A stretch of DNA of 63,930 nt, filler included, from 4 parts of 4 records of this genome joined end to end with filler, not necessarily neighbours in it, one strand, 5' to 3'. Positions 38,792 through 50,503 are shown, numbered from the whole stretch's first letter. Numbers and translations: made by a program. The notes: a model not told the origin generated them from the sequence alone.

Positions 38792-41191
38792 TTAGCTTCC
38801 GCACATTTCGCAATTATCTGGATCATCCAGAGAACATGCAATAGCATCTTGTTTTTGTGATTTCACTTCAACTATTTCTTGCTGAGCCTTTTCAACTTTA
38901 GGCTCAAAACCTGTTTTGTCAAGCGTGAATTTAATAGCTGCTGTAGCCGCTTGTGATCTCAAGTAGTACATACCTGTTTTAAGGCCTTTTTTCCAAGCAT
39001 AGAAGTGCATAGAGGTTAACTTACCAAAGTTAGGATCCTGCATGAACACGTTCATACTTTGAGACTGGCAAATGTATGCGCCACGATCGGCAGACATATC
39101 GATAATGATCTTCTGAGAAATCTCCCAAACGGTCTTATAAATATCTTTGATGTGTTGTGGGATGCCAGGTACATTTTGTACAGAGCCATTGGTTGAGATC
39201 AATCGGTTTCTCATGGTATCATCCCACAGACCTAATGCAATCAAGTCTTTCATTAAGTGCTTGTTCACAATAATAAACTCACCTGACAAGGTTCTTCTAG
39301 TATAGATATTTGAAGTGTAAGGTTCAAAGCACTCATTGTTACCCAGGATTTGAGAAGTAGAAGCTGTAGGCATAGGAGCCATCAACAGAGAGTTTCTCAT
39401 CCCGTATTTCTTGATCTTCTCTTTTACCTCAGCCCAATTCCATCTTCCTGACTTTGGCTTCACTCCCCAAAGGTCAAACTGCAGCTCTCCTTTTGAAGCT
39501 GGAGAACCCTCATAAGTCTCGTATGTACCTTGAACTTTTGCTAGCTCCATAGAAGTTTCTACCGCCGCAAAATACATAGTTTCGAAAATATCCTCATTCA
39601 ATCCTTTAGCTTCTGGAGAATCGAAAGGCATACGAAGCAAAATAAATGCATCAGCCAAACCTTGTATTCCTAGACCAATTGGACGATGACGGAAGTTTGA
39701 TCTTCTCGCTTCTTCAACTGGATAGTAGTTTACATCAATTACCTTGTTCAGGTTCTTGGTGGCTACTTTGGTGATTTCATATAGTTTCTGATGGTCAAAG
39801 AATAATTTTCCATCAGGTCCTTGAGTTACAAATTTTGGAAGGGCAATAGAAGCCAAATTACAAACGGCAACCTCATCTGGAGCTGTGTACTCAATGATCT
39901 CTGTACAAAGGTTAGAAGATTTGATTGTACCAAGGTTCTTCTGGTTTGACTTACCATTCGCAGCATCTTTATAAAGCATGTATGGTGTTCCAGTCTCAAT
40001 CTGTGATTCTAATACTTCAAACCAAAGTTCTTGAGCTTTGATAGTTTCACGAGCTTTCCCTTCTCTCTCATACTTTTCGTACAGTCTTTCAAATTCTTCA
40101 CCATGGCACTCAGAAAGTCCTGGAGCTTCGTGAGGACAGAATAGAGACCACTCAAGGTTTTGTTCTACGCGCTTCATGAAAAGATCTGGAATCCAAAGTG
40201 CATAGAACAAATCTCTAGCTCTCATCTCTTCCTTACCATGATTTCTCTTCAGCTCTAAGAAATCCTTGATATCTGCATGCCAAGGTTCTAAATAAATAGC
40301 AAAGCTGCCTTTTCTTTTTCCGCCACCTTGGTCTACATAGCGAGCTGTCATATCAAAGTTTCTAAGCATTGGTACAATGCCATTAGAAACTCCATTTGTA
40401 CCCTTAATGTAAGAGCCTTTAGCTCTCACATGGTGTATCGAAAGACCAATACCTCCAGCTGATTGGGAAATCTTCGCACATTGTTTCAAAGTGTCGTAGA
40501 TACCGTCAATACTATCATCCTTCATAGTAAGTAGGAAGCAAGAGGAAAGCTGAGGCTTAGGTGTACCTGCGTTGAAAAGGGTAGGGGTTGCATGGGTAAA
40601 CCACTTTTCAGAAAGAAGGTTGTATGTTTCGATTACTGATTCCATGTCCTCTTTGTGGATCCCAACAGCCACTCTCATCAACATGTGCTGAGGACGTTCT
40701 ACTACTTTTCCATTCAAACGGATCAAGTAACTTCTCTCCAAAGTCTTGAATCCAAAATAATCATACCCAAAATCCCTTTTGTAATCAATTGCCGCATCTA
40801 GTTTTGCCGCATTATTCTTAATGATGCCATATACCTCAGGATCTAGCAAAGCTGCATTTTCATCAGTCTTTGGATTCACGTGGGTATAGAGCCTTTTCAT
40901 AGTATTTGAAAAAGACTGACTAGTAGTTTTATGGAGATTTGAGATAGCGATTCTTGCTGCCAAGATGGCATAGTCAGGATGCTTTACAGTCAGTGAAGCA
41001 CAAACTTCAGCGGCCAAGTTGTCCAGCTCTGTAGTTGATACTCCATCATAAAGACCATCTATTACCTTTTTGGCAACATCAATTGGATGAATGAATTTAG
41101 AATCGAGTTCGTAGCATAGGTTCTCAATTCTTGCTGTGATTTTGTCGAATCGTACTGATTCTCGTCTTCCGTCTCTTTTTAATACTAGCAT
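38792..41191 (-). CDS. nrdA: Ribonucleoside-diphosphate reductase class Ia alpha subunit
   Basis: ATP cone (VLKRDGR), [25 protein letters not shown] and C-terminal CEMCGS. Confidence 0.97.
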   Translation of the reverse strand: MLVLKRDGRRESVRFDKITARIENLCYELDSKFIHPIDVAKKVIDGLYDGVSTTELDNLAAEVCASLTVKHPDYAILAARIAISNLHKTTSQSFSNTMKRLYTHVNPKTDENAALLDPEVYGIIKNNAAKLDAAIDYKRDFGYDYFGFKTLERSYLIRLNGKVVERPQHMLMRVAVGIHKEDMESVIETYNLLSEKWFTHATPTLFNAGTPKPQLSSCFLLTMKDDSIDGIYDTLKQCAKISQSAGGIGLSIHHVRAKGSYIKGTNGVSNGIVPMLRNFDMTARYVDQGGGKRKGSFAIYLEPWHADIKDFLELKRNHGKEEMRARDLFYALWIPDLFMKRVEQNLEWSLFCPHEAPGLSECHGEEFERLYEKYEREGKARETIKAQELWFEVLESQIETGTPYMLYKDAANGKSNQKNLGTIKSSNLCTEIIEYTAPDEVAVCNLASIALPKFVTQGPDGKLFFDHQKLYEITKVATKNLNKVIDVNYYPVEEARRSNFRHRPIGLGIQGLADAFILLRMPFDSPEAKGLNEDIFETMYFAAVETSMELAKVQGTYETYEGSPASKGELQFDLWGVKPKSGRWNWAEVKEKIKKYGMRNSLLMAPMPTASTSQILGNNECFEPYTSNIYTRRTLSGEFIIVNKHLMKDLIALGLWDDTMRNRLISTNGSVQNVPGIPQHIKDIYKTVWEISQKIIIDMSADRGAYICQSQSMNVFMQDPNFGKLTSMHFYAWKKGLKTGMYYLRSQAATAAIKFTLDKTGFEPKVEKAQQEIVEVKSQKQDAIACSLDDPDNCEMCGS

Positions 41192-41230
41192 TTCTTTGGG
41201 ATTTTTAGGTTGATGGAAAAGTTGGGTTAA

Positions 41231-42211
41231 TTAAAAGTCTTCACCAATGGAGAATCTTGGTGAATCGTCTGATCCTTCATTAGATTTCATTACTCCGGCT
41301 TTTTGGTAGTCTCCAACTCTTTTCTCAAAGAAATTGGTTTTACCCTGAAGCGAAATCATATCCATGAAATCAAAAGGATTCGTGCTATTCCATATTTTAT
41401 CGCACTCTAATTCGTCTAATAGTCTATCTGCTACAAATTCAATGTACTGACACATCAGGTCAGAGTTCATTCCTATAAGTCGTACAGGAAGTGCATCAGT
41501 TACAAATTCCTTTTCGATTTCTACAGCATCTCTGATTATTTCTCTTACCGTCTCTTTTGGCAATTGATTGTTAAGATGCTTTGTGTATAGGTGACAGGCA
41601 AAATCGCAATGCAATCCTTCGTCACGGGAGATCAATTCATTGGAGAAGGTAAGTCCGGGCATCAGGCCTCTTTTCTTGAGCCAGAAAATAGAGCAGAATG
41701 ATCCTGAGAAGAAGATGCCTTCCACCGCAGCAAAGGCGATTAATCGCTCTTGGAAGTTGCCATTATCTATCCATCTCAATGCCCAGTCCGCCTTTTTCTT
41801 TACACAATCAATATGCTCAATAGCATGTAATAGCTTGTCCCGCTCAGCTGCATCTTTGATATAGGTATCTATAAGAAGACTGTAAGTTTCTGAATGGATG
41901 TTTTCCATCGCAATCTGGAAGCCGTAGAAAAATTTTGCTTCTGTATATTGAACCTCTGATACGAAATGCTCTGCCAAATTCTCATTAACAATCCCATCAC
42001 TAGCTGCAAAAAATGCTAATACGTGTGAGATAAAATGACGCTCACCATCATTTAATGCTTTCCAATCCACCATGTCCTGTCCCAGGTCAATCTCCTCAGC
42101 AGTCCAAAAGCTAGCCTCGGCTTTCTTATAATACTGCCAAATGTCGTTGTGCTGGATAGGGAATAAAACAAAGCGATTCTTATTCTCTTCTAGTATTGGT
42201 TCGTTCTGCAT
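41231..42211 (-). CDS. nrdB: Ribonucleoside-diphosphate reductase beta subunit
   Basis: [23 protein letters not shown] and KTNFFEKRV. Confidence 0.97.
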   Translation of the reverse strand: MQNEPILEENKNRFVLFPIQHNDIWQYYKKAEASFWTAEEIDLGQDMVDWKALNDGERHFISHVLAFFAASDGIVNENLAEHFVSEVQYTEAKFFYGFQIAMENIHSETYSLLIDTYIKDAAERDKLLHAIEHIDCVKKKADWALRWIDNGNFQERLIAFAAVEGIFFSGSFCSIFWLKKRGLMPGLTFSNELISRDEGLHCDFACHLYTKHLNNQLPKETVREIIRDAVEIEKEFVTDALPVRLIGMNSDLMCQYIEFVADRLLDELECDKIWNSTNPFDFMDMISLQGKTNFFEKRVGDYQKAGVMKSNEGSDDSPRFSIGEDF

Positions 42212-42755
42212 TGTTACTGTAGTGTTTAAGCGTATTAATTTTTGCCCCTAAATGAATAAATAGTTTGTCCGGGGATAAGAAAGGCTGCCTTTTTAGAACA
42301 GCCTTTCAACAAATATGTGAATCAAAATTGGGAAATAAAACCTGTGAAGTGTCTGTTTAAGGTCATTTCTGACCCGAGGTCAAAAAGTATATAGCGATCA
42401 TATATACAAATAGTTAGGTTGGTTTAAATATACTTTTTGATTAATTGAATGGGCTATTATCGGGGGTTTGAAAAAAAATCAAATAATTGCAAAAAAGATT
42501 TTCAACCAAAATTCAAGGCAATTTCTGACTTTTGGTCAATATTTTCGTGATATTAATTTTACTATTCAAAATTATGATCCTCAATCAGTTGGAGGTAAAA
42601 TCAGAAAAAAAATTTAATTCATTTTTAAGTTTAATTGTCTTTTATCGTGGAAATTTTATGTTGTTTTTTAAGTAAATGAGGGCGGGTGGCAAAGTTTCAA
42701 TATAAAACGCAAATAATATTTCAGAAGCCAGTTTTTTTCTTCCAATCAACTTCCC

Positions 42756-42763
42756 TATATTTG
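42756..42763 (+). promoter_or_regulatory. Bacteroidota -7 promoter element for rplU-rpmA
   Basis: TATATTTG matches TAnnTTTG, 28 nt before the rplU ATG. Confidence 0.65.
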
Positions 42764-42791
42764 CACTCCGATTTCAAAAGAATCAAGAACT

Positions 42792-43103
42792 ATGTACGCA
42801 ATTGTAAACATCGCAGGAAAGCAGTTCAAAGTAACGCAAGATCAGTTTATCTATGCTCCAAAGCTAGATTTAGAAACTGGCGCTTCCATCGACTTCGACC
42901 AGGTACTATTAGCTGAGGCTGATGGATCTGTGTCTGTAGGCGCTCCCCTATTGGCTGGAGCGAAGGTATCTGGGAAGGTCCTAGATCATGTAAAAGGTGA
43001 TAAAGTCATCGTCTTCAAAAAGAAGCGTCGTAAAGGCTACAAAAAGAAGAACGGTCACAGACAAGATTTCACCAAAGTTTTGATAGAAAGTATTACACTC
43101 TAA
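42792..43103 (+). CDS. rplU: 50S ribosomal protein L21
   Basis: [14 protein letters not shown]...KKKRRKGY...GHRQ. Confidence 0.98.
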   Translation: MYAIVNIAGKQFKVTQDQFIYAPKLDLETGASIDFDQVLLAEADGSVSVGAPLLAGAKVSGKVLDHVKGDKVIVFKKKRRKGYKKKNGHRQDFTKVLIESITL

Positions 43104-43138
43104 AGTTTTCTTTTTGAAGACTATAAAAGAATAAAACC

Positions 43139-43399
43139 ATGGCACATAAGAAAGGCGTCGGTAGTTCCAGAAACGGTAGGGAATCAGAATCTAAGAGATT
43201 AGGTGTTAAGAAATTTGGTGGCGAAGTAGTAATCGCTGGAAATATTATCGTAAGACAAAGAGGTACTAAGCATCACCCAGGTGAAAATGTAGGACTAGGT
43301 AAAGATCATACCTTGTTTGCAACAGCTAACGGTGTTGTTACCTTTAGAAAGAAATATGATGGCAGATCATACGTAAGCGTATTGCCAGCAGAAGCTTGA
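43139..43399 (+). CDS. rpmA: 50S ribosomal protein L27
   Basis: [24 protein letters not shown]. Confidence 0.98.
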   Translation: MAHKKGVGSSRNGRESESKRLGVKKFGGEVVIAGNIIVRQRGTKHHPGENVGLGKDHTLFATANGVVTFRKKYDGRSYVSVLPAEA

Positions 43400-43417
43400 T
43401 TTAATCAATCAATATTG

Positions 43418-43447
43418 AAAGCCCCTTCAAGTGAAGGGGCTTTTTTT
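43418..43447 (+). terminator. Rho-independent terminator
   Basis: AAAGCCCCTTCA-AG-TGAAGGGGCTTTTTTT. Confidence 0.85.
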
Positions 43448-43603
43448 GTGTCTATAATTTCTTCACTGATTAACTGCAGAGGATATTGTGGTTTCCGAAG
43501 AGACAGCAAGATGTTTCGCTGGGCTAAATTTATTCAACCCTGATGACTAGGGGCAATGTTTCAAGCTTACAGCAGTATAGTTATTCTGTGGAAACAGGTC
43601 ACG

Positions 43604-43664
43604 AAAAAGCCCCCAAAAAGTATCTAACTTTTGGGGGCACATTAATAATTATCAGTTGGGCTTT
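43604..43664 (-). repeat. Dispersed repeat, copy B; also a hairpin/terminator for the rhomboid operon
   Basis: Minus strand reads ..ATGTGCCCCCAAAAGTTAGATACTTTTTGGGGGCTTTTT. Confidence 0.6.
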
Positions 43665-43680
43665 CGTTTGATTATGTTTT

Positions 43681-44310
43681 TTAGAAAGGTCTATAGCTCA
43701 TTACTTCATTAATAAATGTGGTTGCACTACTTGGAGAAACTAGTAGGATAAATACAATACCGAAAATTGCTCCATATAAATGCGCATCATGATTAATTGC
43801 ATCATCTTGGTTTTTACCTTTGAAATATGAATAAAGCAAAAATAGTACACCCAAAATAAATCCAGGCAAGCAAAGAATTCCGAAAAGACAGATGTCAGAA
43901 AGCGGAAGTATGATGATGCTGGCAAATACTGTAGCGGCTGTTCCTCCTGAAGCTCCTAAGGCTCTATAATAGCTGTTATCTTTATTTTTTAGATAAGTAG
44001 GAATGTCTGAGATTACTATTCCTAAAAGATAGAAGAGCACATAGACCAAGCCACCTAAGACTACTCCAAATTTATAAGCAAGAATCTGCTCGACTACACC
44101 TCCAAAGAAGTAGAAGGTAAACATATTAAAGAAAAGGTGGATGTAGTCTTTATGTATAAATCCGGAGGTGATAAAACGATCCCATTGGCCATTTCTCTTG
44201 ATTTTATATGGAATGAACATGCAACGCTCCATAAATGCTGCATTATTGATTCCATAGTAGCTACTAATTGCGGTGACTATAATCAGGACAACTGTAATTG
44301 ATAATTCCAT
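43681..44310 (-). CDS. Rhomboid family intramembrane serine protease
   Basis: HLFFNMFT, GASG and HDAHLYGA. Confidence 0.92.
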   Translation of the reverse strand: MELSITVVLIIVTAISSYYGINNAAFMERCMFIPYKIKRNGQWDRFITSGFIHKDYIHLFFNMFTFYFFGGVVEQILAYKFGVVLGGLVYVLFYLLGIVISDIPTYLKNKDNSYYRALGASGGTAATVFASIIILPLSDICLFGILCLPGFILGVLFLLYSYFKGKNQDDAINHDAHLYGAIFGIVFILLVSPSSATTFINEVMSYRPF

Positions 44311-45309
44311 TTATTTTTCTCTGTGAATTAAGTCCTGAGTGATTTTTTTGAGTTCAAGGAAATAGTCTTCGTTTTTGAAATGAATTGCATCATATTGTGC
44401 AAATCCAGCCTCGAAATAGGAGTTCATTTTGGATTCTGCAAGGGCTTTGATTCCGAGCTTTTCATAGATAGCTCTTACTGCCTTCACCTTTTGATCTTTG
44501 TCAAAGTCACGCTGAGAGAGCCAGAAATTTAAGTCTTCAGCATCCTGCCCTTTCGCTAATTCAAGTGCTTTGATCAAAAGAAATGTTTTTTTATTGGAAA
44601 TGATATCACCTCCAACCTGCTTGCCAAACTTTTCCTGATCTGCAAATACATCCAGCAAGTCATCTTTTAACTGAAAGCCAACCCCGATATTCATCCCGAA
44701 ATCATAAAGTTTTTGAGCATCTTCCTTCTCTGCTCCAGCTAGTAAAGCGCCTAGCTGTAGAGCAAAACCTAAGAGAACAGCTGTTTTCAGACGGATCATG
44801 TCTAGGTATTCGTCCTCATGAACAGATCCCAAGGACTCAAAATTCATGTCGAATTGCTGGCCTTCACATACCTCTGCTGCTGTTTTATTGAATAGGCGAA
44901 TCACTTCACCCAATTTATCTGCCTCAGTAGGTAGCAGTAAATCATACGCTTTTACCAGCATGACATCACCAGAGAGTATCGCTACGTTTTTATTCCATTT
45001 TACATGGACAGAATCCTTACCTCTTCTCAATGGAGCATCATCCATGATGTCGTCATGCATTAGCGTGAAATTGTGAAAAACTTCAACTGCAGCTGCTTGA
45101 CTTAGAATTTCAGCAGGATTTGGCTTATAAATTCCATATGCCAAAAGACTTAGCAAAGGACGGATTCTCTTACCGTCCAAGCTCAAAATATAGGTGATTG
45201 GGTCGTATAGTTCTTCGGGTGATTTTCTTATTTCTAGTGCACTCGGGAGGTTCTGGATATATGTTTCCAGCTTACCTAATAACTCGTGCGCGTGGCTTTT
45301 TTCTTTCAT
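44311..45309 (-). CDS. Polyprenyl diphosphate synthase (IspA/GGPPS-like)
   Basis: GKRIRP, HDDIMD..RRG, CEGQQFD and FQLKDDLLD; overlaps the rnr 3' end. Confidence 0.93.
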   Translation of the reverse strand: MKEKSHAHELLGKLETYIQNLPSALEIRKSPEELYDPITYILSLDGKRIRPLLSLLAYGIYKPNPAEILSQAAAVEVFHNFTLMHDDIMDDAPLRRGKDSVHVKWNKNVAILSGDVMLVKAYDLLLPTEADKLGEVIRLFNKTAAEVCEGQQFDMNFESLGSVHEDEYLDMIRLKTAVLLGFALQLGALLAGAEKEDAQKLYDFGMNIGVGFQLKDDLLDVFADQEKFGKQVGGDIISNKKTFLLIKALELAKGQDAEDLNFWLSQRDFDKDQKVKAVRAIYEKLGIKALAESKMNSYFEAGFAQYDAIHFKNEDYFLELKKITQDLIHREK

Positions 45310-47473
45310 TATCTGCAAATTCCAAATCTATCGTTCTACGGTCAATATCAGTGTTAACTACTCTGACCTTCACTTTGTCGCCCAAAGTGATCATTTTTTT
45401 TGTTTTCGAGCCAATTAAGCGCATGTTTTTCTGGTCGAAATCATAGTAATCGTCATCCATGTCCTGGACGCGGATCATGCCTTCACACTTAGTTTCGGTG
45501 ATTTCTACAAAGACACCCCATTCGGTGACGCCAGCTACAATTCCCTCGTAATCTTTGTCTTCCGCAAGAGACATGAATTCTACTTGCTTGTATTTAATGG
45601 AAGCTCTTTCGGCGTCTGCTGCTCGTTTTTCTCGTTCGGAAGAATGAACACATTTTTGTTCCCAAGCTTCTGCATCCGGCGATTTCCCTCCTTCGAGGTA
45701 TAGTTCAAGCAGTCTGTGCACCATCATATCCGGATATCTTCGAATAGGAGAGGTGAAATGAGAGTAATGTGCGAATGCGAGTCCAAAGTGCCCTTTCGGC
45801 TCAGTGGTGTATTTGGCTTTTGCCATACTTCGAATTGCCAATTGTTCGAGAACATTTTGCTCAGGCTTACCTTGAATCTCCTCCATTAATTTGTTTAATG
45901 CAGTAGAGATAGTTCTCTCATTTTCGATTTCAAACTCATGTCCAAATCGCTTCGCAAAGCCAGAGAACGTATCCAATCGCTCCATATCTGGCGAATCGTG
46001 GGTACGATAGACAAAAGTATCTTTTCCTTTATTCTTATTGAAAATGAATTCTGCTACATACTTGTTGGCAAGTAGCATGAATTCCTCGATGAGCTTATGG
46101 ATATCCTTTCGCTCTTTGATCATCAAGCCAAGTGGTGTGCCTTTTTCATCTAGCTTGAACTTCACTTCAACAGTCTCGAAATTAACTGCTCCATGCTTGA
46201 ATCTTCGCTGACGGATTTTCTTAGCCATGACATTTAATAATGTCAGTTCTTCGAAGTAGTCACCAGATTGATTGTCAATATTTTCTTGGGCATCTTCATA
46301 TGCGTATCTTCTGTCAGAATGTATGACAGTTCTGCCAATCCAATGTTTCTTCACATTTGCTTCGTCATCCACTTCGAATACGCAGGCAAAGGTCAGTTTG
46401 TCCTCATGTGGGCGAAGTGAACATAGCCCATTACTCAAGCGCTCAGGAAGCATAGGAATGGTTCTATCTACTAAATAAACAGAAGTAGCTCTATTATAGG
46501 CCTCTTTTTCTAAAGCCGTTTTTGGTTGCACATAATGAGTGACATCTGCGATGTGAACACCGATTTCATGATTGCCATTTTCCAGTTTTCTATAAGAAAT
46601 AGCATCATCAAAATCCTTTGCATCACCTGGATCTATCGTGAAAGTGAGGACGTCTCTAAAATCCTTTCTTTTCTTGATCTCTTTGGCAGTGATCTTCTCT
46701 GAAATCTCCTCAGCTTCCTTTTCTGGTTCTTCAGGATACTCGAATGGCAATCCGAACTCTGCCATGATAGAGTGAATCTCTACTTCATGTTCGCCGGCTT
46801 TTCCTAATACTCGAATTACTTCTCCCGTTGGATTCTTATCGCCATCTCTCCATTCGGTAAGTTTGACAATTACTTTTTCTCCGTGCTGAGCACCATTGAG
46901 TCCACCTCTATGTACGAAGATGTCTTTGTGCATTTTCTTGAAATCCGGCACAACGAAGGCGAATCGAGGCGAAATCTCTACTCTGCCTACAAATTCATCA
47001 CGGCTTTTCTCTACTACTTCCAGGACCTTTCCTTCTACGCGACCAGTTTTACCCTTGAGCGGATATACCATCACGCGGACTTTATCACCATCGAGTGCTT
47101 GTTTCATATCAGCCTCTTTGACCAAAATATCTCCATCTACCTTCTCAGGATCGAGTGGTACGATGAAAGCAAAGCGTGGATTTACAAAATCTACGATTCC
47201 TTCGATGAACTCCGGGTCTTGGGTAGATGAATAATAGTTTCTTGGATTTCGAGAAACTGAACCTGCTTCTACTAATTTGCTTAGTACAGGCTCGACGCCA
47301 CCTTTAGTAAGGGCATCTCTGATTTCGAGCTTCTTAATAATCTGCTTGGAGTTGAATTCTTCTCCATAATGTGCATCTAAAAATTGAAGGATGCGACGGG
47401 CCAAGCTGGCTGCGTCTGTTTGTTTTCCTCCTTGATTTTTACTGTTGTTTTTTCTGTGTTGTTTTCTTCCCAT
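45272..47473 (-). CDS. rnr: Ribonuclease R
   Basis: TIDPGDAKDFDDA, HFTSPIRRYPD and C-terminal S1 domain. Confidence 0.96.
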   Translation of the reverse strand: MGRKQHRKNNSKNQGGKQTDAASLARRILQFLDAHYGEEFNSKQIIKKLEIRDALTKGGVEPVLSKLVEAGSVSRNPRNYYSSTQDPEFIEGIVDFVNPRFAFIVPLDPEKVDGDILVKEADMKQALDGDKVRVMVYPLKGKTGRVEGKVLEVVEKSRDEFVGRVEISPRFAFVVPDFKKMHKDIFVHRGGLNGAQHGEKVIVKLTEWRDGDKNPTGEVIRVLGKAGEHEVEIHSIMAEFGLPFEYPEEPEKEAEEISEKITAKEIKKRKDFRDVLTFTIDPGDAKDFDDAISYRKLENGNHEIGVHIADVTHYVQPKTALEKEAYNRATSVYLVDRTIPMLPERLSNGLCSLRPHEDKLTFACVFEVDDEANVKKHWIGRTVIHSDRRYAYEDAQENIDNQSGDYFEELTLLNVMAKKIRQRRFKHGAVNFETVEVKFKLDEKGTPLGLMIKERKDIHKLIEEFMLLANKYVAEFIFNKNKGKDTFVYRTHDSPDMERLDTFSGFAKRFGHEFEIENERTISTALNKLMEEIQGKPEQNVLEQLAIRSMAKAKYTTEPKGHFGLAFAHYSHFTSPIRRYPDMMVHRLLELYLEGGKSPDAEAWEQKCVHSSEREKRAADAERASIKYKQVEFMSLAEDKDYEGIVAGVTEWGVFVEITETKCEGMIRVQDMDDDYYDFDQKNMRLIGSKTKKMITLGDKVKVRVVNTDIDRRTIDLEFADNERKKPRARVIR

Positions 47474-47526
47474 GATTTGGGTTGTTGATTAGGGTTAAGG
47501 TAAAAAGATTTATGTCCCTGCGCCCA

Positions 47527-48276
47527 TTAATCTTTGTGATCTTTCTTTGAATCGTCTAAATGAATGATTTCAATTTCTAAGTCATCCGACTGCGGATGCA
47601 TAGCCATGTATACTCGAGCTGTGACTTCCACATCTCTCAGGCAGTATTTTTTGATTTTTTCTACGTCTTTATCCAGATGAAAAGTAGTGTTGACCTGACT
47701 TCCGTCAAGATCATCTTTTGAAGATGGAATTCCAAAAACTGAAGCTAAAAGCTCCAAGCGGGTGTAATGTTTATAGTCTCCAAACTTCCAAAGCTCCATC
47801 GTATCAAGATGGCGAACTTCCCAAGGCTTTTTCCCTGAGATCTGTAAAGGCTCCGGCAAAGCTACTCCATTGATGAGCATTCTGCGGCAGAGGTATGGAA
47901 AATCAAATTCCTTACCGTTGTGAGCGCAAAGAATCCATTTTTTCTTCTCTAACAAAGCCTTAAACTCCAAAAGAAGTTCCCGTTCATCTTCATGGGAATA
48001 ACATTTCGATCTGAACGCTAGTTTTTTATCTTTCTTTTTCCATTGGAAATAGCCGACACCTACACAGACTACCTGTCCAAATTCAGCATGAATTCCTGCT
48101 CGGTCAAAATATAATGCACCTGGATCGTGAAGGTGATCCGGTGATTGGATAAGGCGCTCTTTCTTTAGCCATTCATCTTGAATACGCTCAGGCAGTTCTT
48201 CAAATTTCTCAGTTAATGAGGCTGTTTCTATATCTAGAAAAAGGATGTCATTCAGTTGATCAAAAAAATCTGCCAT
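47527..48276 (-). CDS. DEDD 3'-5' exonuclease (PolB-exonuclease-like stand-alone)
   Basis: FLDIET, AHNGKEFDFPY and YCLRDV. Confidence 0.88.
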   Translation of the reverse strand: MADFFDQLNDILFLDIETASLTEKFEELPERIQDEWLKKERLIQSPDHLHDPGALYFDRAGIHAEFGQVVCVGVGYFQWKKKDKKLAFRSKCYSHEDERELLLEFKALLEKKKWILCAHNGKEFDFPYLCRRMLINGVALPEPLQISGKKPWEVRHLDTMELWKFGDYKHYTRLELLASVFGIPSSKDDLDGSQVNTTFHLDKDVEKIKKYCLRDVEVTARVYMAMHPQSDDLEIEIIHLDDSKKDHKD

Positions 48277-48285
48277 AAGCGTTTA

Positions 48286-48687
48286 TTAAGCGTGGAGAAC
48301 TCCTTCTAGGCCAATTTCGGGAATCATCTTTATGAATCCAGGATCGAAACTGCCTGAAGTAAAGATAAACTTTTTATCAAAAATTTGATCTAAAATATAG
48401 TAACTCACCCAAAACTCATTGTTTAAAGCAAAAACTGCTGGATCTATGGGTTCTACTTTGGCTACTGACTGCTCTCCAAGCTCTTCCATCATATGGCGAA
48501 GTGTTGATGTCTTTTTTACTTCTCCATTTATTTCGCCATATCCTTTTGAAGTGATCATGACATTTTTTAACTCAATCAAATTCAAGTTTATAATATATAC
48601 TGCCCATTCCGTTCCGGATGCGGTCTCTTCTTTAGCTATCGCCAGTTTTACTCCAGTCACGGGACTGAAATCTATGTCTTTCTTCAT
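48286..48687 (-). CDS. Conserved hypothetical protein
   Basis: 133-aa ORF coupled to lipB by a 4-bp overlap. Confidence 0.75.
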   Translation of the reverse strand: MKKDIDFSPVTGVKLAIAKEETASGTEWAVYIINLNLIELKNVMITSKGYGEINGEVKKTSTLRHMMEELGEQSVAKVEPIDPAVFALNNEFWVSYYILDQIFDKKFIFTSGSFDPGFIKMIPEIGLEGVLHA

Positions 48688-49409
48688 ATTGCTTCTATAC
48701 TCTCCATTTCAAATAATTCGATCAAATGTCGCTTCACTCTGTCTTTGACTTCATGCATTTCCACAGGGCGACCAAGTTCCAAATGAAGTGAAGTGACAGC
48801 CTTGTCATCGATGCCACAGGGAATAATATGTCCAAAATAGCTGATATCTGCATTCACGTTGAAAGCGAAACCATGCATAGTCACCCAACGACTGGACTTC
48901 ACGCCCATCGCACAAATTTTTCTGGGGCTTTTTTGCTCTACATGATCTATCCAAACACCAGTTAACCCATCGATCCTTCCTGCTTCAACTCCATAGTCGG
49001 CCAAAGTCAAAATGACCGCTTCTTCGAGAAATCTTAGATACTTATGAATATCAGTGAAGAAATTGTCCAGATCTAAAATCGGATAACCAACCAGCTGACC
49101 TGGACCGTGGTAGGTGATGTCACCACCGCGGTTTATTTTATAATATTGAGCGTGATGGCTTTTGAGGCCATTTTCATCCAAAAGCAGATTTTCTTCTTTG
49201 CCACTTTTTCCCAGCGTATATACATGTGGATGTTCTACAAAAAGCATGTAGTTATTGCTTGGAGATTGATCGGCTGGAGCCAAAGGACGATTGCTGATTT
49301 TTAGCGCAACAGTTTCAGCAAAGAGTTTTTCCTGATAGTTCCAGGCTTGTTGATAATCCAGCTGTCCAAGGTCTCGGAATTCTACTTTTTTATTAATAAT
49401 TTCATTCAT
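48684..49409 (-). CDS. lipB: Lipoyl(octanoyl) transferase
   Basis: EHPHVYTLG, RGGDITYHGPGQLVGYPI and HGFAFNV. Confidence 0.96.
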   Translation of the reverse strand: MNEIINKKVEFRDLGQLDYQQAWNYQEKLFAETVALKISNRPLAPADQSPSNNYMLFVEHPHVYTLGKSGKEENLLLDENGLKSHHAQYYKINRGGDITYHGPGQLVGYPILDLDNFFTDIHKYLRFLEEAVILTLADYGVEAGRIDGLTGVWIDHVEQKSPRKICAMGVKSSRWVTMHGFAFNVNADISYFGHIIPCGIDDKAVTSLHLELGRPVEMHEVKDRVKRHLIELFEMESIEAI

Positions 49410-49493
49410 CGGCTAGTCCCGAGGGATTTACTTTTCAACTGAACCAGCAAGTGGTTCGTTCATTGATTTTTCAAAATTAAACAAATATCCAAG

Positions 49494-49850
49494 ATGGCTG
49501 AACACAACGATTCCGGAAAACTCGCAGAACAACTCGCAGCTGATTTTTTGGTGGGCAAGGGGTATGAACTAGTCGAAACAAACTATCGGCATGGACACGC
49601 TGAGATCGATCTCATCACCAAGCATAAAGGTTTGTTAATTTTTGTTGAAGTAAAGTTCAGATCTGGGACTGGCTTCGGATTTGCTGAGGAGTTTGTCGAT
49701 TCGGTCAAACGTAAATTACTTATTAAAGCAGCTGATCAGTTTATTTATGTTAAGGATTGGCATAATGATATCCGCTTTGATATCATTGGCGTATACAAAG
49801 ACCGAACAGGAAAAATTAATTTCAGGCATTTTGAAGATGCTTTTTACTAA
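49494..49850 (+). CDS. yraN: YraN family endonuclease-like protein
   Basis: NYRHGHAEIDLI, FVEVK and RFDII. Confidence 0.9.
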   Translation: MAEHNDSGKLAEQLAADFLVGKGYELVETNYRHGHAEIDLITKHKGLLIFVEVKFRSGTGFGFAEEFVDSVKRKLLIKAADQFIYVKDWHNDIRFDIIGVYKDRTGKINFRHFEDAFY

Positions 49851-49972
49851 ACACACAGCTCCGTTCAAATTTTAAAAACATATGAAATCGAGCATGACGA
49901 AGAACGTCACACCTGGGATAATTATACCCTTGCGAGATTCCATGTAACCATTGAAAAACAAATTATAAACAC

Positions 49973-50500
49973 ATGAAAAAATTAGCATTCACTTTCTTTT
50001 TTGCCCTGATGGCAATTGTAGCTTTCGCTCAAAGTGATAGAAAAGATAAACAGATCGAAGAGGATAGTATGGATGCCAAAGCGGCATTTTTAGAGGAAGA
50101 TGAGAGCATGCAGGAATTATTTGACTCATCTTATGGCTACATTATTTTACCAAATGTGGGAAAAGGAGGTTTCGGAATTGGGGGAGCGGCTGGTAATGGT
50201 GTTGCTTTCCAAGGTGGAAAACAAGTCGGGTATGCGAAAATGACTCAAGTGACCATTGGTTTTCAGGCCGGAGGTCAAGCGTATTCAGAAGTTGTTTTCT
50301 TTGAAGATGAGGAAGCTTTCGCAAGATTTAAATCAAACAATATTGAAATGTCTGCTCAAGTCTCTGCTGTCGCAGCTGCCTCTGGAGCATCAGCCAATGC
50401 AAAATACGTTGATGGGGTAGCGGTGTTTACCCGAACAAAAGGAGGATTGATGTACGAAGCCTCAGTAGGAGGTCAGCAGTTTAAATTCAGAGAATTGTAA
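49973..50500 (+). CDS. Exported Ysc84/SYLF lipid-binding-like protein
   Basis: Signal peptide; KGGFGIGGAAGNG, IGFQAGGQ and KGGLMYEASVGGQQF. Confidence 0.8.
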   Translation: MKKLAFTFFFALMAIVAFAQSDRKDKQIEEDSMDAKAAFLEEDESMQELFDSSYGYIILPNVGKGGFGIGGAAGNGVAFQGGKQVGYAKMTQVTIGFQAGGQAYSEVVFFEDEEAFARFKSNNIEMSAQVSAVAAASGASANAKYVDGVAVFTRTKGGLMYEASVGGQQFKFREL

Positions 50501-50503
50501 ACT

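Noticed and set aside
42212-42790. Long AT-rich nrdB-rplU intergenic region (NrdR box or riboswitch?)
   Set aside because: No NrdR box pair or cobalamin riboswitch core was recognised. Only a short hairpin (42279-42307) and divergent promoter-like elements are present.
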